A stretch of 64,000 bases of DNA, taken from contig OX597818.1 of NCBI GenBank assembly GCA_951406725.2, positions 142,228,001 to 142,292,000 on the forward strand, given 5' to 3'. This stretch comes from Octopus vulgaris. Lineage: Eukaryota. A program made the translations under genes and the position numbers. The notes below the pieces were generated by a model. That model searched no databases. It was not told where the DNA came from and saw only the letters and a program-made list of their open reading frames with translations. Shown one piece after another: positions 40,747 to 53,804 of the stretch (positions are counted from its first letter, which is position 1; every line of letters begins with the position of its first letter).

Positions 40747-41140
40747 CGTGTGGTAAGTAGCTTGCTTACCAACCACATGGTTCCGGGTTCAGTCCCACTG
40801 TGTGGCACCTTGGGCAAGTGTCTTCTACTATAGCCTCAGGCTGACCAAAGCCTTGTGAGTAGATTTGGTAGATGGAAACTGAAAGAAGCCCATCGTATAT
40901 ATATGTATATATGTATATATATGTGTGTGTGTGTGTGTGTTTGCCCCCCCCCCCCCCCATCGCTTGACAACCGATGTTGGTGTGTTTGTGTCCCCGTCAC
41001 TTAGCGGTTCAGCAAAAGAGACCGATAAAATAAGTACTAGGTTTACAAAGAATAAGTCCTGGGGTTGATTAGCTCGACTAAAGGCGGTGCTCCAGCATGA
41101 CCACAGTCAAATGACTGAAATAAGTAAAAAAGTAAAAGAG
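40747..41140 (+). mobile_element. SINE family A
   Basis: Homology to other copies; its counterpart at 30508-30739 is cut by the gap. Confidence 0.9.
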
Positions 41141-41197
41141 TATGCATATACATGCATACGTATACATACATATATGTATATACGTACATACATACAT

Positions 41198-41250
<53 letters not shown>

Positions 41251-41462
41251 TTAATAAATAAAACATATGCATATATACATACATATATGTATGTACCTAC
41301 CTCTACATGTATATATACATGCATATATGGGTACAGGACACCAAAAAAACGTCGAACACAATGAGAAACGAAAACATAAACACAAAACCAAGGAACTGAA
41401 CATTTTTCTTAAACAACAAAAAAAATAGAGTACAGGACAAATAACACAAGGAAAAAACCCCT

Positions 41463-41540
41463 TCTTCAGTCGCCATGGTTTCATCTACTCTACGTTTTGA
41501 AGGTGGAGGCGATACGCATCTTTGATAGAAACTTTCCTTC
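41463..41540 (-). ncRNA. Rearranged (non-circularly permuted) hammerhead-like motif; G12 mutated to A
   Basis: Minus: GAAGG aaa GUUUCUAUC aaaga UGCGU A UCGCC ucca CCUUC (A)AA ACGUA gagua GAUGAAAC cau GGCGA CUGAAGA; four helices pair. Confidence 0.6.
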
Positions 41541-42435
41541 CCGCGAAAAGCAAATTAAATAAAATTTGAGATCTTTTTGCGGAGGGGTAAAAATGGTAAC
41601 AAAACCAGGAGAGTAACGACAGTACAAAATATAAGCAGTAAAAGACAGGACAAGGAGAATAACAAGACATGAAGGGCTGTTAAGCCGAACGAAAAAAAGT
41701 ATATGAACGCTATTTTTGAGAACGGCGAAGGAGCAACAGAAAATGCCATCTACACTTCAAGGAAACCGGGTCAGAAAGACATGTATACACACACACACAT
41801 GCATGTGTATGTGTGTGTGTGTGAATAAAGATGGACAGACAAACTGACCAAAAGTGCAAAGACACATACATGTACCTTGTGACATACATCCAGCAGCAGT
41901 AAGCTCACACAAGTCATGTCTAACTGAACAGATCCTTTAGATAAACGTGTTAAAAATAAAACTTATTCCATCCGTTGAATCATTGAATATTCAAATAGTG
42001 TTTGGTGGAAATATATGTAAATAGAGGCAACTATATTGGGATTTGTTTGGAGACAGTAATGTAGATTAAATTGTCATGGAGAAGGATTGAATAAATGCCT
42101 GATACATTTCGGAATAATGCTCAGTGGTATTTACTAAAAAAGAAAATGGTAATGGCGAAGTGTATTCTTTGATATTGAGATTTAGCGAAGAGAAGAGGGG
42201 AGCCGCATTGTATGTGGTGTGTGATTCAATGATTCGTATCTAGGTTTGTCTCGCATGCTAATACGGGCGTCGGCGTCAATGGAGCAGTCTGCGGAAGATT
42301 ATTTTTCCCACATAATAGGAATGATAAATCATAGACAACTTCAATGGTTTCTTCTCAATGTTCTGGTCAACTGAACAATCACCAAACTGATAACTGTAGT
42401 GATAGAAATATTAGCGATAGCAGTGTATATTTGCT

Positions 42436-42751
<316 letters not shown>

Positions 42752-43189
42752 CATGACTGTATAATAAGAGTTTTGCTTCCTAGTTTCATGGTTCTGGATC
42801 CGACTATGTGGCACCTTGAGCAAGTGTCTTCTACTATAACCCTGGGCCAGCTAAAAAGCCTTGTGAGTGGATTTGGTAGGTGGAAATTGAAAAGAAGCTT
42901 GTTGCATATATCTGTATGTACATACGTACGTATGTATGTATGTATGTATGTATGTATGTATGTATGAACGTATGTATGTATGAATTGATGCCATAATAGA
43001 TTGCTAGCCACTACACACATTTTTTTCTCTCCTTGTTTTTTCTGTCTACCTTTCTGTAGAAGAGCGTAGGCTTGAAACGTAAAAGACTTTTTCTATTCCT
43101 GAGCACTATACTAATACATCTGTTTGTTTTGTACACCACCTGTCTTCGTCTTTTGTTTTTTTCGTAAACTTTCCCTATGTATGTATGTA

Positions 43190-43265
<76 letters not shown>

Positions 43266-43718
43266 TTACTGTCTCCTTGCCTTGATATCATGTGATAGTC
43301 GTAAATGAGTATCACTGTCATACAAGCAGTGTTGTTCATTTCCAATATTCGGCAAAATCATGTCATAGATCAAAGAGAACTATTTCCTTTCTTGTAAACA
43401 GGTGAGGGTTAGCAACAGGAAGCTGTAGAAAATCTGCTTCAACCAATTATGTCCAACCTATGTTTGCACGGTTCAGATGGAGTTTATTGAGACAGATTTC
43501 ATAAAGCCAGATGCCCTTCCTGTCACCGATCCTCACCTGTTTCCAAGTAAGGTATTATTTCCCAATAGCCTGACATGTTTCTGCAGAATATTGAAAATGA
43601 ACGACACCACTTAAATGACAGTGAAACTCATTTACAACTACTGACCAATATCAAGAGACAGAAACACAAATACACACACATATGCACATGCAAACACACA
43701 TGCATGTGCACACATGTG

Positions 43719-43751
<33 letters not shown>

Positions 43752-44399
43752 CAGCCCTAGGCCTGCATAAATATAACAGTTGACAGTAATCAATAGCAAT
43801 GTTGATGATTGTCTGTGTGTGTGTGTGTTTATGTGTCACATGAACCAGTCATTGTTTCCTCATCTCTAATACATCCACCTATCAAAATATTAAGCATCAC
43901 TGATTCTTGATTGATTAATTAATAGGTTTGTTAACTACTTAATTGGTTGTTTGATTAATTAATTGTCCAGTCTGACATATCTTACAAATTCTTGAAGCTA
44001 AAGCTGTCCAAATATTTTATCACTGTTAACTTAGTGAAATAGAAAATTTATTTTAAAACGTTGCTTCTCAATCAAGTTAATTACATAAGTTAATTCAAGT
44101 TCATTAGATGCTAACTGTATGCTTCCTGGCTCTTCATTCTGTTATATACCAGTTCCTATTCTATCACCATGCTTCAACCAATACAGCTGTTTGACCATAT
44201 TCCTGCTAATTTGTGGCTAGACTACTAATTTGAACAGATAATCAATAGCTTTTAACAAAATAAACATGTTTTCTTTTTTGTACATGAAAGAAATGTTAAC
44301 TTATTAGATTATATCTTCATCATATTAATACAGCTGGATGTCTTACACACAGCCATGTCTGTTGCTGTGAGTATTGTGTTGATGGTATGATTGAAGCCC

Positions 44400-44430
44400 T
44401 GAGTACATGAGTGTATGCAAATGGGTATGA

Positions 44431-44516
<86 letters not shown>

Positions 44517-44636
44517 ATGAGGGAGTTTGAGTGTGTATGTGAGCTAGAGTAGTCATGAACATGAAAAAACATGCCTGAGTATATGAGTGTATGCAAATCT
44601 GTGTGTGTGTATGTAAGTGTGTGTGTGTGTGTATGT

Positions 44637-44676
<40 letters not shown>

Positions 44677-44785
44677 AAGTGTGTGTGTGTGTGTGTGTGT
44701 GTACATAAGGGAGTTTGTGTGTGTATGTGAGCTAGAGTAGTCATGTACATGAGAAAACATGCCTGAGTATATGAGTGTGTGTATA

Positions 44786-44820
<35 letters not shown>
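44400..44820. repeat. Local tandem duplication (~190-bp period) embedded in (GT)n
   Basis: GTACAT.AGGGAGTTTG.GTGTGTATGTGAGCTAGAGTAGTCATG at ~44513 and 44701. Confidence 0.85.
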
Positions 44821-44821
<1 letters not shown>

Positions 44822-45779
44822 TACATGCATGTAGATGAGAGAGAATGCAGGAGTTCATCAATGTCTACAAATATATTAGTTTGTGCATGTGTATGTGAAT
44901 GCGTGTGTGTATGTATATGTGAATGTGTGACTACATGCATGTACATGAGAGAATGCCTGAACAGTACACCAATGTATGCAAATATGTGGTGTGTGAGTGT
45001 GTGTGTGTGTTTTCACTTCACAAACCATAGGTTGTGAGTTCATATCTATAGCAGATGTTACCTTTATTTTTTTTTCTCTTGGCATGAAAGAATTATTCTC
45101 AATTCATTAGAGATATCTTTAACTGTTTGTGTCCCAAGATTCCAAGAAATGTAATGATGACAGAGTGACATTAAGATATAATTTGTACTTTCAAATTTAT
45201 TTGGTCACCTTAAAGAAGAAATTATGGTGTCACTTGGTCAAGTAAACAGAAGCAAACAACTGTAAGATTTGTACATTTTTACTTTTGTTTTTCTATACAA
45301 ACATAGGTAAGCCAAATACATATTACTGAGGTACTGTTTTTACAGCTGGATGCCTATGCTGCCACTTATCCTTACCTGTTTTTCAAGTAAGGAAGTTTCC
45401 ATTCCCACTCAACTTTGAAAATGCAGAGCTAATGGATGATTTGTTGACTGGGAAATGACCGTATAGAATACTGCCATAGTCCAGTCATTTTTCATCCTAT
45501 TACAGAATATAAACACATTCACAGAGACACATACGCACACATACACACACACACATGCAATCATTTTAAAGTACACTTTTCCAAATTTGTGTGGGTTAGA
45601 AGGAGTTTATTGAAGTAGATTTTCTCTGGCCACATGTGCATCCTGTTACCAACCATCTCTGGTTTCCAAGCAAGTTAATATTTCACCCCTGCTCAGACAA
45701 GAAGACACAAATACACATACTTATTTACACGTGTGTATTGTGCAGTGAATATATTTTCGTCTAAATTACACAAAAACGA

Positions 45780-46292
45780 AAATAACACTGACATCCCATT
45801 TTAACAGATATATTTACCAAAATTATGTTTACCTTGAAATTCTAAAGAGTAAATTTATTCAATAAAATCACTACTGGCTTCAATCATGGCCTCCAGACAG
45901 CTCTGGAATACTCTGCAACTTTTCTGGGCGATCTCCTTGGTGAATACTGCCATAATCCTTGCCTTCAGTCCATCTTTGGTGTTACAAGGAGTTTTGTTGG
46001 TCTCTCATTCAACTGCACCCCACACATAATAATCAAGGGGGTTGCAGTTTGGGGAATTAGGTGGCCAAATGTTAGGGGTGATGAGGTCCCAGAAATTGTC
46101 TGACAGCACAAATGCCAAGTAGTACAGCATGTTGCTTCCACATTTCTGGCAGAGTGAATTGCATCATGGTGCTGTTTTTCTCACAGATGGTGCCCAACTA
46201 ACCCTACTATATTGTGTAGTCAACAAAATCAAAAACAAACTATGCACGAAATTGAAAATATAAAAGGGCAACAATTTACTTATCACACCCTG
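45780..46292 (-). mobile_element. Internally deleted Tc1/mariner-superfamily transposon
   Basis: Minus frame LSDNFWDLITPNIWPPNSPNCNPLDYYVW (WPPNSPDLNP motif); TA-CAGGGTG terminus at 46294-46286. Confidence 0.8.
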
Positions 46293-47397
46293 TATATATA
46301 TGTACATGTATGCATATATATATATATATTTACATATATGCTCATGTGTGTGTGTATATATATATGTATATCTTAGGTGGATGCTCTTCCCAGTAGTTGA
46401 CATTAGGAAGGGCATTCAGCTGTAGAAACTAACCCAAAACAGATCATGTTGCCTGATGTGGTTCCCCCTAGCCATGCCAGTTCTTTTCAAGCCATCCAAG
46501 CCATGCCAGCATAGAAAACAGACATTAGATGTTGTTGTTGTTGATTATGATGATGAGGATTTTGATCATTCTTTCAGATTGTGTTTATTGAGGTAGATTT
46601 TTTGGGCTGAATGCTCATCCTGTCACTAATCTTTATGTATTTACAAGTGAGGTAACATGTCCTCTCCTGGCTTGAGATGTTTCCACAAAAGATTGGAAAC
46701 AAAGGACACCACCTGCATGATAGTGACACTCATTTACAACAACCACATGATGTCAAAACAAGGACACACCAAGACATACACACACACATAACACACACAA
46801 TAGGCGTCTTTTAGTTTCCATCTATCAAATTCACTCACATGGCTTTTGTTAGCCCAAGCTATAGAAGTCCTCTGTCCAAGATGCCACACAGTGGGACTGA
46901 ACCCAAAACCATGTACTTATAAAGCAAGCAATCAACCATAGAGCCACTTGTTTTACTAACAGAAGAAAGCAACCATAGAAAATATCAACAAATAAAAGTT
47001 AACAAAGAAGCCTCTATGTGCTTGTTTGACCTGCTGGAAACAGCAACCACATTGCCTTCCAAATTTTCTGCAAATTTAAAATACATATCCCTGTATCTTA
47101 TGATGATCCCTCACTGCACATCAGAGTTTGCAGCAAGGTCCTTAAGTATGGTGTACCTGGAACAACAGGTCTGTACATCAGGGCTAGTAATTCCACCAAC
47201 TACCTATGTGTGCCATAGGAATGTTCAATCAAAACCAATCTTGGTCTACTCACCAACAACAACAACTATAACATATATATGATTACTGAAGAGAAAATGA
47301 AGAAGTGAAAATCGAAAACAAAAACTAAAAAAAAAAACAGGAAAAGGAAAATCTAAAAAAATATATATATATAAAAAATGAACACTGATCAACTTAC

Positions 47398-47493
47398 CTG
47401 ATCAACAAGATGTAACTTTGTAACATATGCCCTTTCTGTCTTAAGTAATTCCTCCACAATTTTGTACCTGATATTTTTTTGTTTCTCAGATTC
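47398..47493 (-). CDS. Internal exon of a RhoGEF (Dbl-homology) gene, FGD-like (FYVE, RhoGEF and PH domain-containing); start of the DH domain
   Basis: Acceptor TTTATCTTTTATAG and donor CAG|GTAAGT; 96 bp, phase 0/0. ESEKQKNIRYKIVEELLKTERAYVTKLHLVDQ matches DH conserved region 1 and the FGD-type ELL.TE.AYV..LHL.DQ segment. Confidence 0.85.
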
Positions 47494-48691
47494 CTATAAA
47501 AGATAAACAGAAACACGAATATATAACAGCCGCAGCATATTTTAAACATACTTAATCTTTTATTCTCTTAATGGATTCAGTCATTTTAGTGTGGACATAT
47601 TGGGGCAGGAGGAACACATTTTTATGGGTATAGTTTGTTGCATCAACCACCTCTATACTTTTTTCATTAATCTCAGAAGACTGGGGACAAAGAGGAACTG
47701 CATGAAATTGGAACTCAGAATGCAAGGACACACAATCAAATAAATAGCAAAAGGTAGTTTGTCTATTGAAAACAGTTGTTATTATCCTATATATAAACAC
47801 TAAGAACTTTTTCTCTTTTCTCTCAATCCCTAAACTATAAAACGATCTATGAAGAAAAGGGGTGTAAGATGTTCCACCATACTGTAATTATTTTAATCTC
47901 TGATGAAATATCTCGCATCATAAAATGTTAAATTGATCACAGGTTATGTCAGGCTGATGACTTCTAAAAAGAATGAAACAATGCTAGACATGATTACTGC
48001 CAGCTAGAAATTTTTAGAATTTTGTAATAAAAAATGAATTGTGAGAATTCTGTATGTTTTGTTTTGTTTCGTTTTTTTTTTTGTTTTTTTGTATAGTTCT
48101 TTAATTTCAAATTCAAATTTCTAATCCCACCTCATATTATGAAAAAATGGGTTTTTCCCTAGTAATAGCTGTGACCACTAAGATTCTATCTTCTGCTCTA
48201 CTGATGTTTAGTGAGGGAAGAGAGGTACCTGGGAGAGAGGGGAAAGAGAAGAAAGGAAGAATGAAATGAAAGGAAAGAACAAAAGGGAAGCAAAAGAGAA
48301 TGAAGACAGCAGCAAAATGAAAGGGAAATGGAATGAGGATAGAGGTGAAGGAAAGATGAAAAGGGGAGAAGGGTGGGCAGGTGTAGATGGAGGTGAAGAA
48401 AGGAAAGAGTGAAGAGAAGGGAAGGAGAATGCCAGGAAAAGAGAGAAGGCAGTTTACAGATATCCAAGACTTGAATATTCATCTGACCAATTCCAGCAAC
48501 AAAGTGGATGCAGAGATTAAAAGGAACAGAACCACACAAACACCAAAACACAGGAAATAAAACTGAGGTGAACCAGTTCTAGATGGCAATTAACTGTAAC
48601 CAGCCATGACGGCTTGTTATAGAGATAAAGAACAGTTTGTCTTCACTAATTATGCTAAATACATATAATTAACAGTATCCCAAACAAAAAA

Positions 48692-48766
<75 letters not shown>

Positions 48767-48767
<1 letters not shown>

Positions 48768-49052
48768 GAGACGCAATGGCCAAGTGCTTAGGGCAGCGGA
48801 CTCGCGGCCGTAGGATCGCGGTTTCGATTCCCAGACCGGGCGTTGTGAGTGTTTATTGAGCGAAAACACCTAAAGCTCCACGAGGGTGGCGATCCCTGCT
48901 GTACTCTTTCGCCACAACTTTCTCTCACTCTTTCTTCTGTTGGCCTGCTCGCGTCGCCAGTGGGATGGCGTCATTTGAAGGCTAAAACGATGCAAAGTGC
49001 ATTGTGACCAGCGATGTGTAGCAACATCTGATAGCCTGGTCGGTCAAGGTGA
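48767..49052 (+). mobile_element. SINE with a family C head
   Basis: GGAGACGCAATGGCCAAGTGCTTAGGGCAGCGGACTCGCGGCCGTAGGATCGCGGTTTCGATTCC. Confidence 0.85.
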
Positions 49053-49071
49053 TATATATATATATATATAT

Positions 49072-49487
49072 TCTTTTACTCTTTTACTTGTTTCAGTCAT
49101 TTGACTGTGGCCATGCTGGAGCACCGCCTTTAGTCAAGCAAATCAACCCCAGGACTTATTCTTTGTAAGCCCAGTACTTATTCTATCAGTCTCCTTTGCC
49201 AAACCACTAAGTTACGAGGACATAAACACACCAGCATCGGTTGCCAAGTGATGTTGGGGGGACAAACACAGACACACAAACATATACACATACACACACA
49301 TACATATATATATATACATATATGTAACGGGCTTCTTTCAGTTTACATCTACCAAATCCACTCACAAGGCTTTGGTCAGCCCGAGGCAATAGTAGAAGAC
49401 ACTCGTCCAAAGCACTATGCAGTGGGACTGAACCCGGAACCATGTGGTTGGTAAGCAAGCTACTTACCACACAGCAACTCCTATGCC
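49072..49487 (-). mobile_element. SINE family A, full length
   Basis: Reverse-complement homology to 38859-39246. Confidence 0.9.
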
Positions 49488-49540
<53 letters not shown>

Positions 49541-49791
49541 ACACATACAAACACACATACATACGTACATATATACATAAATATGTAAGTACGTACATAT
49601 GTATGTATGCATGCAGGTACTATATAGTATGACTAGGCCCTGTACTACTGACAGATGAGATACTCCAGATATATACACACACAACACACATAAATATCTA
49701 AAATGATAGCTTCTGTGTGGTAGTGTGCTCTTCTACATAGATTGGCCAAATCTCCCAAATCAAAACTATTGCTTTAAAAAATGGACATGTA

Positions 49792-50163
49792 TTCTTTTAT
49801 TCTTTTATTTGTTTCAGACATTTGACTGTGGCCATGCTAGAGCACAGCATTCAATCAAACAAATCAACCTCAGGACTTATTCTTTGTAAGCCTAGTGCTT
49901 ATTCTATCAGTTTCTTTTGACAAACCGCTAAATTATGGGGACGTAAACACACCAGCATCGGTTGTCAAGCAATGTTGGCGGACACACACTCACACATATA
50001 TGACGGGCTTCTTTCAGTTTCTGTCTTCCAAATTCACTCACAAGGCTTTGGTTGGCCTGAGGCTATAGTAGAAAACACTTGCCCAAGGTGCCACACAGTG
50101 GGACTGAACCCAAAACCTTGTGGTTGGTAAGTAAGCTACTTGCCACCCAGCCACTCCTGTGCC
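49792..50163 (-). mobile_element. SINE family A
   Basis: Reverse-complement homology to other copies. Confidence 0.85.
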
Positions 50164-51758
50164 TATGTATGACAATATAATTTGAGACAATGTGCATGTG
50201 TTTTGCAGAGATTCATGCCAAAGCTCATACTTGTTTCTTTTAATAACCACTTGAGCACCACTTTTGTAAATTATGCCTAAAGTGACCAGATGATCGTGCT
50301 GTATTTCACACACACACACACACGTTGTCATTTAATGTCCTTGACCATGTGGACATGAACTGAATTGTTTGACAGGATCTGATGATCCAGACAACTACAT
50401 TGAACACCTGCCTTACTTCACTTGCAAAATATAACAGAAATTCTGAAAGCAAAAGTGTTTGCATACATTGAGGTTGTGGATGTACGTCTATACACGCTGT
50501 GCACACAACTGGGTCCTTCACCCAATGTCCTTTACCCAGTATCCTTCTCAAGTCTACAATTGCTTTTTCTCTCTTTCCCCTTCTTCCATTCAGACAACTG
50601 GGTTATTTCCTTGATTCTATTGCCACCCCTAACCATATTTACCATCATTTTTACCATCATCCATCCCCACTTTTGTTTTATCCACTTTTGCTAACCTTCT
50701 CACTTTTTCAACCTTTAACACTTCATCCCCTTATCATTCAGTCCCCGCATCACTCTCCTAAGTGCTGTATTATTCTGCTGTTGTAAGTAATAAAATTTGA
50801 ACCCATCACCATTTCTGTTCCACCAGTTACCATTCCCACTCCTCTGAGCGACTTCCAATTCATGTTTTCTGCCCAGCATTCTTTTTGATTCCCAACACTC
50901 ATAGTTACCATTGACTGCTTGTTCACCACCATTCCTACATTCATCTCCTATGTACATGTGACCACCTATGCTTATAACCCTCTTTCAGTGTCCTCTCACA
51001 CTCTTGCAGCCTTACTCACCATTACTGATTCTCCTGTCTCTACGATCTCTTCTTTTCCTCTTCTTGGACATTACCTTGAGGGTTTGTTCTGACACCTTGT
51101 CATTACCACATTCATCTTTCTTTATGGTATCACTCCAGCCACCCCTACTTATGTAAATTACTTATATAAAATGCAAAATCTCTATTCCACCTTTCTTACA
51201 TTATCCTCTCAACACCACACATAAAGCTCTATCTTCAATTCTCCCTCTCAAGTAAAGGGGTCTTTTTAGTGTTACAAATTTAGGCAACTTCACTAGTGCT
51301 GGTGCCACAAAAAAAAGGGCATCTAGTATGTTTTTGTAAAGTGGTTGGCATTAGAAAAGACATTCAGCTGTAGAAACCATTAAAAAAATGAGTACAGTAG
51401 GAAGATGTCATCCTCTGACCAGTTGCATTCTATTTAACCATCCAACTCATGTTAGCATGGAAAGCAGATAAAAAGATGATGACAATATGTATATATATGT
51501 CCGGGAATCAAAACCATGATCGCAATATCATAGTTTCAATTCCTGGACTGGGTTGCACATTGTATTCTTGAGCGAAACACTTCAGTTCCTATTTCTCCAG
51601 TCCACTCAGCTGTAAATGAGTATCCCTGCAGCTGACTGGCCTCCCATTTAGAGGAAATGTAATCTAAGACGCTTATACGCCACAGAAACTTGGTAACTGA
51701 CCATATGAGTCTAAGGATGGCCATTTAAGCAATGTGTTTGTGGGTGATTAAGGGGTTA

Positions 51759-51808
51759 GATGAGTGCTGATGAAGGGTCAAAAACTCCTGAAATATGGCA
51801 TATTCGTC
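51759..51808 (+). ncRNA. Decayed minimal type I hammerhead motif
   Basis: GAUGAGUG-CUGAUGA-AGGG ucaaaaac UCCU-GAAA-UAUGG-CA-UAUUCGUC; stem I is 8 bp including G-U pairs; U16.1 is replaced by C. Confidence 0.5.
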
Positions 51809-52049
51809 CATTATCCTTTTTTCATCTCTGATCTCATTGTTTGTTTACATCTGATATCTTGGATATGAAACATCATAACAAAAGTCAGTGCTGGTTATAA
51901 TTTCTATAGAGTATCTGTAGAGATAACCATAACAAGTTAAGACAGTAACATGTCCAGAAGACTTACTTTAATCTACTAGTAGTGCCTAAGCATAGCCACA
52001 GCCTCTAACTAAAACTAATACTAGTATGTATGTATATATATATATATAT

Positions 52050-52210
52050 AAAATACAAAATGGGACAAGATCACAAAACATCCGGACAGCTAGGTGATGC
52101 AAAAAGGGACAACAAAACATCCAGATAGACGATACAAAGAGAATAAGGACAAGTCATTCGAAGTTTTCTTTCTTCAGTCAAGTACCAGATTATTCTCGCA
52201 ATTTTGGCTG

Positions 52211-52213
<3 letters not shown>
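52050..52213 (-). mobile_element. Truncated copy of the 53860-54150 element, carrying the 3' half of the permuted hammerhead-like motif
   Basis: Minus: UCAGCC (A)AAA UUGC...AAUCUGG u ACUUGA CUGAAGA; flanked by (TA)n. Confidence 0.7.
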
Positions 52214-52258
<45 letters not shown>

Positions 52259-53476
52259 GTGTCTGCATTCATTTGGAATTGTTTGGAATAACATGGTGAA
52301 AGTTGGGAGTAAAATAAAATATGTAATCTGATAGGGATACAGTAGGGAGATAGTTAAGGAAAGGACTATGCTATACCACCCACCCCCACACACGCACATA
52401 CATACAGCCCATTGACTATATGTGTGGTGGGGGAGGTAGTGGCCTCTGGTAATTGGGTAGTAGCTTACCATTCCTTCAGTGAATAATGATTTAAAGGGTA
52501 AAGTGGACTGTTACAACTTCGCTATAATTAGCTAAGAGGAAAGGAATACAGTCGTAAAGGTTTCATAAAGGTTGTGATGTTAAGATGAAAAGAAATAAAA
52601 GTTTAGCTTCATTGAAATATAATTAAAGGGAAATACACTCTGGATAATCCCAGTATTTTTTTTATTATTATTTTTATATCAGCGATGAGATAAAAGTTAC
52701 AGTGAAAACACTCCCTCAGGATTTTTGTGGATGTGGTGGTGGTGGTGGTGGATGGTGTGTGTATTGTGGGGAAGTACCCTGTCTCTGAACCAGCTAGAAA
52801 TCACAGTCAAATCTCCCCTGAAATAACTTTTTTTTAAATAAAGAAATAACATTTTAAAATCTGTGGACTTCTGGACCTTAGGCTAAACAAGAACAACATG
52901 AAACTGAAACTTAACTATAACTCCAGCCCTAGGCCAAAAAAAGTGAATTTGGTATATAGAAATTGTAAGGAAGCCTTCCACACACACACAAATACACACG
53001 TGTATGTATATATGTGTGTGTAGGTGTATATTTACATTCACATTGCGAATAAGAGAACTGAAGTACAAACAGTAACGTTTCTGGACATTCCCCTTCCACA
53101 AATACCCCACTAGGGGTGCACTAGTGAAGACAAATGAAATGAAAAATCCTTTTCTTGAAAAACAGGTGAGAGTAGAGAAGGAATCAAGCCCCAATGATAC
53201 TTCAATGACAGATTTCCATTTAATCCACGCAAGCATGGAGGAAAAAGGATGTTAAATGAACGAGTATGTGTGTGTGTGTTGGTGTCAGGAAAGGCATCCA
53301 GCCGTAAAAACCATCCCAAAACAGACAGTGAAGCCTGAAGCAGTCTTGTCGCTTGCCAACTCCTGTCAAACCATCCAACCCATACCAGCATGGAAAACAG
53401 ATGCTAAATGGTGATTTTATATACGTATACACACACACACACACACACACACATCATATATATATATATATATATA

Positions 53477-53804
53477 AACAAGAAAAAAGCAACAAAAATG
53501 GATCAGTATTTCGGTACAATTGTTTCATACGAAGACCAGTTTTATTAAGGCTGCAAATATTGCAGCAAATACAAGTGACCCGTACTCATCAGCCGAAAAC
53601 ACATCTGAGTTCTCCAAACATCTAAGGGGGTGAGGCTACACTCCTGAAGCATCAGGGATAGTTCTATAAAAATCAGATTTAGATAATAAACGGACTTCCA
53701 ACGTTCTCTAATGTTGCACAGTCATATAACAGGTCTTAAAAAAGTATTTTTAAAAACCTGTTAGTTTCACAGAAAATGAAAATGTAAATCCATCCATGCT
53801 TTTA

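Larger units (their letters stand above)
30840..40968 (+). repeat. Copy 2 of the ~10-kb direct duplication
   Basis: Colinear with 20715-30739, with scattered SNPs, microsatellite length differences and private SINE insertions. Confidence 0.97.

Noticed and set aside
47945-47992. CUGAUGA...GAAA with a partial stem I on the plus strand
   Set aside because: The 10.1-11.1 pair is mismatched and there is no correctly placed UH; too degenerate to call
50940-51260. Possible degenerate RTE ORF fragment on the minus strand
   Set aside because: Only a faint resemblance with many stops; the boundaries cannot be supported
52469-52507. Minus-strand ATG|GTAAGC donor that could splice in frame to the DH exon
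   Set aside because: Only a donor-like motif; the acceptor is weak and the peptide is not recognisable
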